A DNA stretch of 40,824 nt, taken from positions 1 to 40,824 of the IMG/VR virus record IMGVR_UViG_3300027855_000003; one strand, written 5' to 3'. The notes under the pieces were generated by a model. The model had not been told where the DNA came from and did no database searches. It saw only the letters and a list, made by a program, of their open reading frames with translations. Below, one piece after another: positions 1 through 7,541 of the stretch; the first letter of the stretch is position 1; every line of letters starts with the position of its first letter. The stretch is from a virus (lineage: Duplodnaviria; Caudoviricetes). The translations under genes and the position numbers were made by a program.

Positions 1-119
1 GGGGATTAGCACCGTCCCAACCCCACCAGATTTTTCCTAATATACAGCCTCAGCATGTATAATGCCTCAGCCTACACATCCCCCTTGTGCATTAACCCCT
101 ACCAATGCACCTCACCACT

Positions 120-302
120 TCATTCATCACCTCCATCCCTTCCCCTCCATCCCCTCTTCCACCCAACCTTAGTCCCTTTGGGACCATGCCACCTTCTTAT
201 ATTCCATAAACGCGAGGCACACGGTTGACAAATATCGTGATGCCTATACCTCTCCTTAATAGTCCGCTCTTTTCCACATCGAGGACAGGTTATAGTGATC
301 AC
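120..302 (-). CDS. Small zinc-ribbon-like protein
   Basis: CPRC...CQPC motif, basic C-terminus, GTG start, fits minus-strand gene run. Confidence 0.6.
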   Translation of the reverse strand: MITITCPRCGKERTIKERYRHHDICQPCASRLWNIRRWHGPKGTKVGWKRGWRGRDGGDE

Positions 303-310
303 GCATCAAC

Positions 311-604
311 CTAAGAGTTTAGGTTATCCATCAACTGCCACTTTGTCATAAGCTCGCATATAAATTCCACAAAATCATCGTCCCCCATTTCAATAATGGC
401 TGTTCCAATAACACCAATAACAGTGCTACTTACCGATGATTTTACAACAGCCCTAATCCTATCATAGGCTTCGGGTTCTAGGTTTAATTCCTTTAGAACC
501 TTATCTATTCTCCCGAAAATACCCTCATTGACCATCTTGGTCATAGCCGCACAAACCTTCTCCTGTCGCTCCTTGTTCAGTTCAGGCATGTCCCTAATGG
601 TCAT
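311..604 (-). CDS. Hypothetical protein (start moved to MTIRDMPE)
   Basis: TAAGGAG RBS 7 nt upstream of ATG at 604; ORF-track start at 628 lacks a clear RBS. Confidence 0.7.
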   Translation of the reverse strand: MTIRDMPELNKERQEKVCAAMTKMVNEGIFGRIDKVLKELNLEPEAYDRIRAVVKSSVSSTVIGVIGTAIIEMGDDDFVEFICELMTKWQLMDNLNS

Positions 605-725
605 CGCCAGGCTCCTTATCCATCGCATCCATCCATTCTTTCAACCGAATCGCTGGATCCCACTTACACGGCAGGCACACGCAAACGAGCGCCACCACAC
701 CTAAGCCTAAGCCAATCCAATTCAT
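594..725 (-). CDS. 43-aa small membrane protein (not in ORF track)
   Basis: Hand-translated MNWIGLGLGVVALVCVCLPCKWDPAIRLKEWMDAMDKEPGDDH; GGAGG RBS; fills gap between neighbours. Confidence 0.65.
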   Translation of the reverse strand: MNWIGLGLGVVALVCVCLPCKWDPAIRLKEWMDAMDKEPGDDH

Positions 726-737
726 CACCGCCTCCTA

Positions 738-974
738 TCACCACCTCTTCACACGCTGGGGGTTGTTCTGCGCGTCCCTAAGCATAACAACCAATTCCAT
801 AATCTTCGCCAATACCGAATCCAGATCCTGGTTATGATCGTGGACCATCGCTTTCACAAACCCCTGCAATTCATAGGCAAAATCCAGTTGTGCCTCCATA
901 TACACCAAGACCTTATACTTCTCGCGCACGGCCTCACTCCGCTTTGCGACCTCAGCATTGCTCGGGGCTCTCAC
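738..974 (-). CDS. Hypothetical helical protein
   Basis: GTGA start/stop overlap with upstream ORF. Confidence 0.65.
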   Translation of the reverse strand: MRAPSNAEVAKRSEAVREKYKVLVYMEAQLDFAYELQGFVKAMVHDHNQDLDSVLAKIMELVVMLRDAQNNPQRVKRW

Positions 975-1279
975 CTAACGCCTCCATCATCAGGAATAGC
1001 GGGACCACCAATCCCTATCACACCAACCCTACCAGCTTCGCTGCTGGGGGTTGGCCGGGCAACTCTCCCCACACCAACGAGGCCATCTCGTCGGACCACC
1101 TTGACGGCGGCAAGGATATTCTCGAAGGATTCATTCTCGACCGTATATTCGTAGGCCATCAGGTCGCCCGCGAGATCCTCATCGGAATGTCCACTCATGT
1201 CATAGTCATTATCCTTCGCTGCTTGGATGGCATCGCGAACCAATTTGACTAGAGCAAATTTAACCACCGATTCCTCCAA
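971..1279 (-). CDS. Hypothetical protein
   Basis: 102 aa ORF tightly packed in minus-strand run; GAAGGA before TTG start. Confidence 0.65.
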   Translation of the reverse strand: MEESVVKFALVKLVRDAIQAAKDNDYDMSGHSDEDLAGDLMAYEYTVENESFENILAAVKVVRRDGLVGVGRVARPTPSSEAGRVGVIGIGGPAIPDDGGVR

Positions 1280-1296
1280 GATCCTTCGGATCCAGT

Positions 1297-1536
1297 TTAT
1301 ATATCCTCACCACCACCCGAACTCACCTCCCCCTCACTACCAATCGTCTTGATGATTTTCTCACTGCCTTCCGTAGCGACCCCTGTGTATTTAGGTAGGT
1401 CAAATTTGCAGAAATCCTCGATCACGGTTTGGATCTGTTGGGCGAGGGCATCGGTGGCTTCTTTTCTTTTCTCACCCAAGTTCTCGTCGGTTAGGAAATA
1501 CTCGGCAAGGTTCCAGCATTCGCTATCATAGGCCAT
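1297..1536 (-). CDS. Hypothetical acidic protein
   Basis: AGGAGG RBS; first gene after promoter at 1578-1606. Confidence 0.75.
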   Translation of the reverse strand: MAYDSECWNLAEYFLTDENLGEKRKEATDALAQQIQTVIEDFCKFDLPKYTGVATEGSEKIIKTIGSEGEVSSGGGEDI

Positions 1537-1577
1537 GACATCCTCCTACCACCCGATAGCATCTTCGATGCCATCTC

Positions 1578-1606
1578 ACTATAGCATACATTCGCCCCCT
1601 ACACAA
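1578..1606 (-). promoter_or_regulatory. Sigma70-like promoter, extended -10
   Basis: TTGTGT-17 nt-TATAGT with TATGC immediately upstream of -10; intergenic. Confidence 0.65.
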
Positions 1607-1651
1607 GTCAGGGAAGGCCAGAACCTACATTCTGACATTCAGCTTGATGGA

Positions 1652-1876
1652 TTAGCGCGCCGATTCCCCATCAAGGCGTTTGGCAATCTCATCCTTACGA
1701 ATGAGACCTTCCCTAACAGGAGTAGCGGTCATTATCCGAATCTCGGCAATCTCTGCCTCTGTCAAGTCAGGCATAGATCGAATCCACGCGCAAACAAGGC
1801 AACAGGTCGCTTCGTCATCACACCAGCTATAGACATGAACTCCACAGTCCTCGCAATCAAATTCCTTAGGATCCAT
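1652..1876 (-). CDS. Small zinc-finger-like protein
   Basis: CEDC...CCLVC; abuts upstream stop (TAA ATG). Confidence 0.65.
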   Translation of the reverse strand: MDPKEFDCEDCGVHVYSWCDDEATCCLVCAWIRSMPDLTEAEIAEIRIMTATPVREGLIRKDEIAKRLDGESAR

Positions 1877-2137
1877 TTATCCCTGCCATCCCTCATCATT
1901 AAAGAAAGCCACAGCTCCCATAACATCGGATACGTACCGACACATCGGAACCTTAATGCACAGGACCAAACAGGGTACTGAATGATATAGGTTAAACAAT
2001 ACTTCCGCTTGATGAGCATTCCACACAATACCAATGACCGTTACATTTACTCCATCCACATGTGTCGTGATCGCAGGCTCTGGGACGAGCGAAGCTCCGC
2101 GGATTGGTTTCAATACAGGTTCATCGCTCACGGGCAT
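1877..2137 (-). CDS. Hypothetical protein
   Basis: AAGGAGG RBS, contiguous with neighbours. Confidence 0.65.
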   Translation of the reverse strand: MPVSDEPVLKPIRGASLVPEPAITTHVDGVNVTVIGIVWNAHQAEVLFNLYHSVPCLVLCIKVPMCRYVSDVMGAVAFFNDEGWQG

Positions 2138-2285
2138 TTAAAGCCTCCTTTATCGCCTTTATCAATTCAGGATTGGGTTTATTACGGCTATAGTTCGTTT
2201 CATCCCACCATCGTTGCCGGAGCTTCAAAGGCAATTTATACCAATCCTTTTCTGAGCAAGGAGCATACCTAACCTTAGTTGCCAT
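2121..2285 (-). CDS. 54-aa hypothetical protein (not in ORF track)
   Basis: Hand-translated MATKVRYAPCSEKDWYKLPLKLRQRWWDETNYSRNKPNPELIKAIKEALNARER; purine-rich RBS; fills gap. Confidence 0.6.
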   Translation of the reverse strand: MATKVRYAPCSEKDWYKLPLKLRQRWWDETNYSRNKPNPELIKAIKEALNARER

Positions 2286-2529
2286 TCTCCCTTTCCTCTT
2301 TTAATACCTTTTCTATGTCGGCAATTTGCTCAAGTGTTATCGGACTGATATCCTCAACCTCGTCCCAAGGAATGCAGGACATACACATATAGACCATATC
2401 GTCAAAGACTGGGGTGCTCAGGGCTATGTGAATGGGAAAGGTACACTTTGAGCAATAACCCAAGCGTGAAGGAACTTTGGGATTATGCCGCAGATCGGTA
2501 ATCTTAAGGCAGCCAACAACATGGGTCAC
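2275..2529 (-). CDS. Zinc-finger-like hypothetical protein (GTG start)
   Basis: CSKC...CMSC; GAGGAGGG RBS and GTGA overlap with upstream stop. Confidence 0.65.
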   Translation of the reverse strand: MTHVVGCLKITDLRHNPKVPSRLGYCSKCTFPIHIALSTPVFDDMVYMCMSCIPWDEVEDISPITLEQIADIEKVLKEERENGN

Positions 2530-3026
2530 TCGTCCCTCCTCGCCCTTGCTCGTCTTACAATATTGGCCCCAGCCGTGTCCGCAGCTTCCCAAGCGGTAGT
2601 TGGGGTGACGGTGCCAGATTCGCCTCTCCAATTCCTCTGGCTATCTTGCCATTTGTCCCAGTCGCCGCTCTCTTTCTCCTTCGCAATCAGAAAGGCCATG
2701 TCGGCTTTGGCAAGTTCGAGTTCCACCTCGGTCATGGGACGCACGACCTTTGGACCCTCCGGTCCGCGCTTAATTCCTGGTCGTTCACTGGGATTATTCA
2801 CTGGAGCCACAGTTAACTCCACCGTTATGATATTCGACGCTGGGGGACGGGATGAGATACGGAGTAGACAGGCACAGACGAAGCGAGGCTTATCATGTTC
2901 CTCACACCACCCACACTGGTAATGACCCATCGTTCCAGCGGCGGTGCAATTGACGCGACCCATATCATCGTCGCTGGGTTTACGGCCCGTTGCTTCCTTA
3001 AACTTTTTCTTGGTGATATTTCTCAT
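2526..3026 (-). CDS. Hypothetical protein with Cys/His-rich N-terminal domain (start MRNITKKK)
   Basis: GGGAGG RBS before ATG at 3026; C..GH..CGWC motif; longer ORF-track N-terminus overlaps another gene. Confidence 0.7.
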   Translation of the reverse strand: MRNITKKKFKEATGRKPSDDDMGRVNCTAAGTMGHYQCGWCEEHDKPRFVCACLLRISSRPPASNIITVELTVAPVNNPSERPGIKRGPEGPKVVRPMTEVELELAKADMAFLIAKEKESGDWDKWQDSQRNWRGESGTVTPTTAWEAADTAGANIVRRARARRDE

Positions 3027-3048
3027 TTTGAACCTCCCGATTAACCTC

Positions 3049-3372
3049 TTAATAGTCCCCTGTTGCACCGCCGCCCCCGCTAGTACCCCCACCTGGATCG
3101 ATAGTGCTAGGGTTAGGATCGATTGCGGGAGGGGCTGGATCCCACGTAGGAACAACGTTAGGCATACTAATAATTCCGTCATCATCGCGACGAGGAGGAG
3201 TCGTTGCATCCTCCGAATGACGGGATCGCTGGCGTCGTGCTGAATCCTCATGTTCGTGTCTCCGGCGCTCCTCCCTCTGCCTCCGTACGATTACAGCCTC
3301 AGCGGCTTCACGCGCCTTGATCCTCTGCCATCGCTCTAGGCACGTTTCATCGTAAAGTCGGTGGATGGTCAT
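3049..3372 (-). CDS. Hypothetical protein with Gly-rich C-terminal tail
   Basis: Ends DPGGGTSGGGGATGDY; basic helical N-terminus. Confidence 0.6.
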   Translation of the reverse strand: MTIHRLYDETCLERWQRIKAREAAEAVIVRRQREERRRHEHEDSARRQRSRHSEDATTPPRRDDDGIISMPNVVPTWDPAPPAIDPNPSTIDPGGGTSGGGGATGDY

Positions 3373-3380
3373 GTGTACAC

Positions 3381-4040
3381 CTATGCTGCGGGAAGATATT
3401 GCAATGCGGTTTCGTGCATTTGCTTCAACATCCCCACAGCCTCTAAACCCTCTTTCTCTGCCTCAGCCATCAACAAAGGTAATCCAGTGTCGATGGATTC
3501 CTCGATTTCGGCTCGGGTTGCTTTGCGGCCTCTCGCGTACCAATCGATACGAATGGGTTTTCCCAGATGAAATAACACACCATCCCCTGCTTGAAAAGGC
3601 TTTGCTTTTGAAGTTTGGTAAAGAGCGACGGCGCCGGGATTCCTTTGAATTGCATTCCCAGCTGTTACTGGATGCTCGATCATGTCCTTGTAATCCCGTT
3701 TTTGGCGCGGATTAGTCAGGAACGGGCAAGCCTTAGCGGCGAACTCCGCGCACTCGCGATGGTTGGGCGGTTCTGAGGTGACGCGGTTAATCACACACAT
3801 GGGTCCAATGACAAAGATCCGTGAAGATCCAATCAGGGATCGTCCACAGATCCAACATCGGCTTTCGTTATAGGCTTGAGTCAATTTGCCGGGACCAATA
3901 ATCCGAAAGTCAGGCTCGCCCCTCCCTGGGGGACAGGGTTCACCTCCTTTCAGCCATGCAACGAACCAGGGAACTGGATAACCGCGGCTATCTTTATGTA
4001 GATTGGCGATACGGGCTGGTATTTCTGGTAAGTTGATCAT
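3381..4040 (-). CDS. RGYPVPW-motif Cys/His protein (paralog A)
   Basis: GGGAG RBS and ATGA overlap at 4040; RGYPVPW, CWICG, HREC...CPFL motifs. Confidence 0.8.
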   Translation of the reverse strand: MINLPEIPARIANLHKDSRGYPVPWFVAWLKGGEPCPPGRGEPDFRIIGPGKLTQAYNESRCWICGRSLIGSSRIFVIGPMCVINRVTSEPPNHRECAEFAAKACPFLTNPRQKRDYKDMIEHPVTAGNAIQRNPGAVALYQTSKAKPFQAGDGVLFHLGKPIRIDWYARGRKATRAEIEESIDTGLPLLMAEAEKEGLEAVGMLKQMHETALQYLPAA

Positions 4041-4207
4041 CTTGTCTCCCAGTAGGCTTTGAAAATTCCCCAAAAAATCATAGCACCGCCGGGAATGAAA
4101 AAAGCATAAAACCCATACCAATTATAGGTTAATTCCCACATGAATAGACCCAAACACAGGACAAATAACCCCATAACTATGGTAGAAACGCCTGGAATTG
4201 AAAACAT
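4037..4207 (-). CDS. 56-aa two-helix membrane protein
   Basis: MFSIPGVSTIVMGLFVLCLGLFMW...YGFYAFFIPGGAMIFWGIF: two hydrophobic segments; AGGGG RBS. Confidence 0.65.
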   Translation of the reverse strand: MFSIPGVSTIVMGLFVLCLGLFMWELTYNWYGFYAFFIPGGAMIFWGIFKAYWETR

Positions 4208-4229
4208 GGGTTTTCCCCTAAAATAAGGG

Positions 4230-4375
4230 TGGGATCGAGGCAGCGGGGGGCGCACGCCTCGATCCCAATCGCAACCCTGTTGTGTGCGACGAATAGGGGG
4301 AACTACCGTCTACAGGGCCACGATATCAGTGGAAGAGTCTGCGGAGGATTGCGGTGCTCCATGACCTTCCACTGA
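4230..4375 (-). ncRNA. Three tandem stem-loops (candidate structured RNA)
   Basis: Stems 4230-4241/4256-4267 (12 bp), 4275-4280/4312-4317 plus inner stems, 4326-4335/4366-4375 (10 bp) plus inner stems; fills the intergenic space; strand inferred from gene context. Confidence 0.55.
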
Positions 4376-4380
4376 ATTGT

Positions 4381-5028
4381 TCAGACGGCGTATCGTGCCG
4401 TCCGGTTACGCTTGTATCCCATGAACGCAAGCAGACCGAATCCAGCGACCAACATCGCCCAAGTCGAGGGCTCGGGAACATTGGTCGTCAACTGGATTGA
4501 TCCGCCGAACGATTGCCGCGGCGCCGTGAAATCCACAGCGAATTGGGTTTCATCCGAAGTGAACGGTCCAGTTGCCGATGAGACCGGTCCAAAGGAACCG
4601 TCGAGCAATGCGGCAGGGAACGTGTGCGTGGCGAGTAGCCCACCATTCGCAAACGTGCTCTCGGTTGTTGGGCCGGGATCGTTGGTCAAGCCGTTGACCG
4701 TAAAGGTCGAGAGCGTGTTTCCGAGCCCGGTGATTGCGCTTTGGAGAACATCGATGGTCAGTTCGTGCGCGCCAGTAAAGCCTACTGCCGCTGTGGCGTC
4801 GAGTGTGACGCTTGACAGATCGGCATTGGGCAGAATAGGCGAGCCCTGAGCATTGATCGTGATATTGGCGAAATTGGCATCGTTGGCTGTAAGCGAAGCC
4901 GCTCCCGTCGTGACCCCTGTGATGTTGTCGATCAACGTTCCGTTATCGAACACCTCGATTTGCAGCGTGGCGTTGGCAGCACTTGCGAACCCTACAAGTG
5001 CCGTAGTGAGGAGGATAGTTTTTAACAT
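4381..5028 (-). CDS. PEP-CTERM (PEPxxWA-CTERM) sorting-domain surface protein
   Basis: Signal peptide MLKTILLTTALVGFASAANA; Thr/Ser/Gly-rich body; C-terminal VPEPSTWAMLVAGFGLLAFMGYKRNR. Confidence 0.9.
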   Translation of the reverse strand: MLKTILLTTALVGFASAANATLQIEVFDNGTLIDNITGVTTGAASLTANDANFANITINAQGSPILPNADLSSVTLDATAAVGFTGAHELTIDVLQSAITGLGNTLSTFTVNGLTNDPGPTTESTFANGGLLATHTFPAALLDGSFGPVSSATGPFTSDETQFAVDFTAPRQSFGGSIQLTTNVPEPSTWAMLVAGFGLLAFMGYKRNRTARYAV

Positions 5029-5076
5029 AGTAAACCTTTCACCGCCTGAGAAGCAGAAACCTGCTCCATCAACAGA

Positions 5077-5105
5077 ACATTAACATAATTTAATGTTCCA
5101 GTCAA
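5077..5105 (-). promoter_or_regulatory. Sigma70-like promoter of PEP-CTERM gene overlapped by a 9-bp inverted repeat
   Basis: TTGACT-17 nt-TAATGT; GAACATTAA-N6-TTAATGTTC at 5075-5098. Confidence 0.6.
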
Positions 5106-5124
5106 GAACATATTTTTGTCATAT

Positions 5125-5667
5125 TTATCCTACTTGCCCGCTGTGTTCCTCACGCCTCACCCTCTCTTTTCCTTTATCCGTTAGAGCGTAGCCACGAGGA
5201 TGAACCTTGATTGCCTCTCCCCGAGCGACCATCTTAGTGATAGCTCCCATAGCGGTTCCTGGCTCAAATCCCTCAACCTTGAGCATCCGTTTCAATTCGG
5301 CAAGGCCCATTGGGCCCCCATTGTCAGATAGAAACTGGGCAAGGAAGTGGTGAGCCGGTTTGCCGGAAGGGTGATAGAAACGATCGGCGAATGGAATTCT
5401 ATTGCCTTTTGGCTTTGGTTTTGCCTTTGGCTTTTTCTCGGCTGATTTCGCCTCCTTCATCCGCTTAGCCATAGATGGCATTTCTGCCTCAATCACTGGG
5501 GGACGATTAGTGGCGATTTTTTGAACATCAACCAGTTCGACGCCAGGAATCTTTAGGAGTTCTTGGAGTACCGAACTGTTTAGCGTGTTAATTGTTACTT
5601 GGTATGTTGGAAATTCCCAGTGATGCATATCACCCTTATTGAGGGTATCAAGGAACGTCTTAGGCAT
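5125..5667 (-). CDS. Putative DNA-binding protein with C-terminal winged-helix-like domain
   Basis: GAGGAG RBS; Lys/Pro linker then helix-helix-helix-wing pattern ending GYALTDKG. Confidence 0.65.
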   Translation of the reverse strand: MPKTFLDTLNKGDMHHWEFPTYQVTINTLNSSVLQELLKIPGVELVDVQKIATNRPPVIEAEMPSMAKRMKEAKSAEKKPKAKPKPKGNRIPFADRFYHPSGKPAHHFLAQFLSDNGGPMGLAELKRMLKVEGFEPGTAMGAITKMVARGEAIKVHPRGYALTDKGKERVRREEHSGQVG

Positions 5668-5671
5668 TGTG

Positions 5672-5800
5672 CTATCTCCTCATTTTTTGACATGCACGGC
5701 ACCATGCATGAGGGTTACTGGGCCAGAGTTCTTTGCATATAAATGGCCGACCTTTAAGCCACAGATAGCATCGTCTTTTTTGAGCCAGTAAATATTTCAT
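5672..5800 (-). CDS. 42-aa Cys-containing peptide, possibly leaderless (not in ORF track)
   Basis: MKYLLAQKRRCYLWLKGRPFICKELWPSNPHAWCRACQKMRR; ATG lies 7 nt from the -10 box. Confidence 0.5.
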   Translation of the reverse strand: MKYLLAQKRRCYLWLKGRPFICKELWPSNPHAWCRACQKMRR

Positions 5801-5806
5801 GGAGAT

Positions 5807-5835
5807 AGTATAGCATACAGAGATTATCCTGTCAA
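5807..5835 (-). promoter_or_regulatory. Sigma70 promoter, near consensus
   Basis: TTGACA-17 nt-TATACT with extended -10 TG. Confidence 0.85.
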
Positions 5836-5837
5836 AT

Positions 5838-6389
5838 TCAGTCGCCCCGAATCTGGCTCATTTTCGCCCCTTCCTCGTCATCATGGCTGATAACGAGGTC
5901 TTTAACCCATCTTTTTCGTTCCACCTCCTCTACATGTGTCTGCATGGCTTTAATACGTTGTTCCTCAGTCTCTGTTATTAAACCCGCTTCTGCACGGGTT
6001 CCGTCTCCAAGAGCCCATTCTGGGTTGACTTTGGCTGAAAATCTTGGAGCCATCTGATATCGTAGCACTCGGTAATGCTTTCGGAGCGTTCCCCCAAAGA
6101 ACAAACCCCATTCTTGACGGGACAAGCAAAAGACTAGGACTCGGCCTTTAGCTCCACCTAGTGAAGCTTCATCCAAGGTTTTGGCTTGATGTTCCTCTAA
6201 ACCGATAATATCTCGGGGATCATCAACGCATTTCACCTCCGCCAGTCCCGACCCCACGCTGGGGTGGGATATTAGGAAGTCGGGCACTCCCTTGACATTC
6301 GGGTTGGTTAGCCTGAGGATATAACCGCCAACAGCAGACCAATCCCTTTTGAGACGGGGGTAGGCTCGATTGAGTTCTTGCGTTCCCAT
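5838..6389 (-). CDS. PD-(D/E)xK nuclease, VRR-NUC/resolvase-like
   Basis: GVPDFLI...LAEVK catalytic motif plus downstream Q-helix; near SNF2 helicase; GGAG RBS. Confidence 0.75.
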   Translation of the reverse strand: MGTQELNRAYPRLKRDWSAVGGYILRLTNPNVKGVPDFLISHPSVGSGLAEVKCVDDPRDIIGLEEHQAKTLDEASLGGAKGRVLVFCLSRQEWGLFFGGTLRKHYRVLRYQMAPRFSAKVNPEWALGDGTRAEAGLITETEEQRIKAMQTHVEEVERKRWVKDLVISHDDEEGAKMSQIRGD

Positions 6390-6474
6390 TTAAATCTCCA
6401 CAGCAGCCACAGCATTCATGGTAGTGTTTACAGCAAGGAAAGGGGCATTCAAAGAAGGGGCGAGCGGATTTCAT
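6223..6474 (-). CDS. Cys-rich small protein overlapping nuclease gene
   Basis: TAAGGAG RBS and ATGA coupling; CPFPCCKHYHECCGCC; 167-nt overlap lowers confidence. Confidence 0.4.
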   Translation of the reverse strand: MKSARPFFECPFPCCKHYHECCGCCGDLNGNARTQSSLPPSQKGLVCCWRLYPQANQPECQGSARLPNIPPQRGVGTGGGEMR

Positions 6475-7049
6475 TGGTAGCTCCTTATATCTGGCATTCC
6501 CCCTGCAATTTGTTTGGCATCAAATTCTCCTAATAATACTCCATCTTTCCAGAATTCCATTCTACGATAGGGTCGTTTGGGCACTAAATAGCCATTGGGT
6601 GTTTCATTCTGTCCAATAGCCATTACTGCTATGAATAATTTGGGTCGAGTGGGATCCAGTGTTGGATCAAGAAATGCCACGACTCCTTTGGCTTTTGCAG
6701 GGTCTAATGTCCCGCTATCAATGCGTTTGGTGTATTTGGCACTGATTAAATAGGGACAAGTACATACCGCAAATGTCATACATTCGTGGTGAAGAGGGGG
6801 ATCAATATAAGCTCCATTTGGATGAATTGCAGAGCCAGGACCGCCAACAAACCACCGCCCTCTCAGGAGTTTGAAGCCACAGATCGCGCACAAATCCTCA
6901 CTCTTGCACCGCATTACCTTCAATGTGTCATTAATGGTGAAATGGGGCTTGTTGTCATTATCCCGAAATACAGTCCAGGGAATTGGATATCCCCTGTGAT
7001 CCTTCTCCAAATGTTTCATGCGATCGGGGATTCTTGGTAATGGCATCAT
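6471..7049 (-). CDS. RGYPIPW-motif Cys/His protein (paralog B)
   Basis: RGYPIPW, CAICG, HHEC...CPYL; ATGA coupled to upstream gene. Confidence 0.8.
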   Translation of the reverse strand: MMPLPRIPDRMKHLEKDHRGYPIPWTVFRDNDNKPHFTINDTLKVMRCKSEDLCAICGFKLLRGRWFVGGPGSAIHPNGAYIDPPLHHECMTFAVCTCPYLISAKYTKRIDSGTLDPAKAKGVVAFLDPTLDPTRPKLFIAVMAIGQNETPNGYLVPKRPYRRMEFWKDGVLLGEFDAKQIAGGMPDIRSYQ

Positions 7050-7510
7050 TTCTTTGTCCCGATCGGTGGAATAGATTGAACAATTCGGGGAACAATTTTC
7101 CCTTTGACATTGACGGGATCAGGTGATATAGGTTTAGTTGATGATGGTCTTCCATAGATTGAAGCCCAGCTTGGATCTTTGTTCTTAGCCTCAAGCCGGT
7201 GCATAATATTTCGGGGTGTTTGCTCTTTCGCTGGGGTAGTATGATAGGGAGTGGGTCTAATTTCTTCTGGATAATTTAATGGTACAGGGGCCAGTTTATA
7301 GCCTATACAGCGTAATACCGCATTAATTGTTGCGGCTTGTGGTTTCTTAGTCTTGCCACTAAACCAATTCCTTAGAGTCCAGGCTGTGACCCCTGATCGT
7401 GCTTCAATCTCTTTGTAGGTAATGCCACTTTCTTCTACAATTGTGCGGATATAATCAATAATGGGATCTTTATCGATGAAGCTGTAGGACTTATAGGTGA
7501 ATCCTGGCAT
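7046..7510 (-). CDS. XRE/Cro-family HTH transcriptional regulator
   Basis: GITYKEIEARSGVTAWTLRNWFSGKTKKPQAATINAVLRCIG is an HTH_3-type pattern. Confidence 0.8.
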   Translation of the reverse strand: MPGFTYKSYSFIDKDPIIDYIRTIVEESGITYKEIEARSGVTAWTLRNWFSGKTKKPQAATINAVLRCIGYKLAPVPLNYPEEIRPTPYHTTPAKEQTPRNIMHRLEAKNKDPSWASIYGRPSSTKPISPDPVNVKGKIVPRIVQSIPPIGTKK

Positions 7511-7541
7511 GTGTGTCTTTCTTCACTGGTGTTATCCATTT

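Noticed and set aside
1-119. Genome terminus or attachment site (GCCTCAGC occurs twice)
   Set aside because: Repeat too short, no partner at the other end and no integrase in the window
3027-3251. Hydrophobic N-terminal extension of ORF 2526..3251
   Set aside because: Overlaps the 3049 gene out of frame; strong RBS supports start at 3026
834-3715. Plus-strand ORFs in the left arm
   Set aside because: All lie antisense to tightly packed minus-strand genes with good RBSs
4230-4375. tRNA, CRISPR mini-array or simple terminator
   Set aside because: No cloverleaf or T-loop motif, hairpins differ in sequence, and no U-tract follows
5080-5093. TTAA...TTAA as a CtrA box
   Set aside because: Spacing is N6, not the N7 of the CtrA consensus
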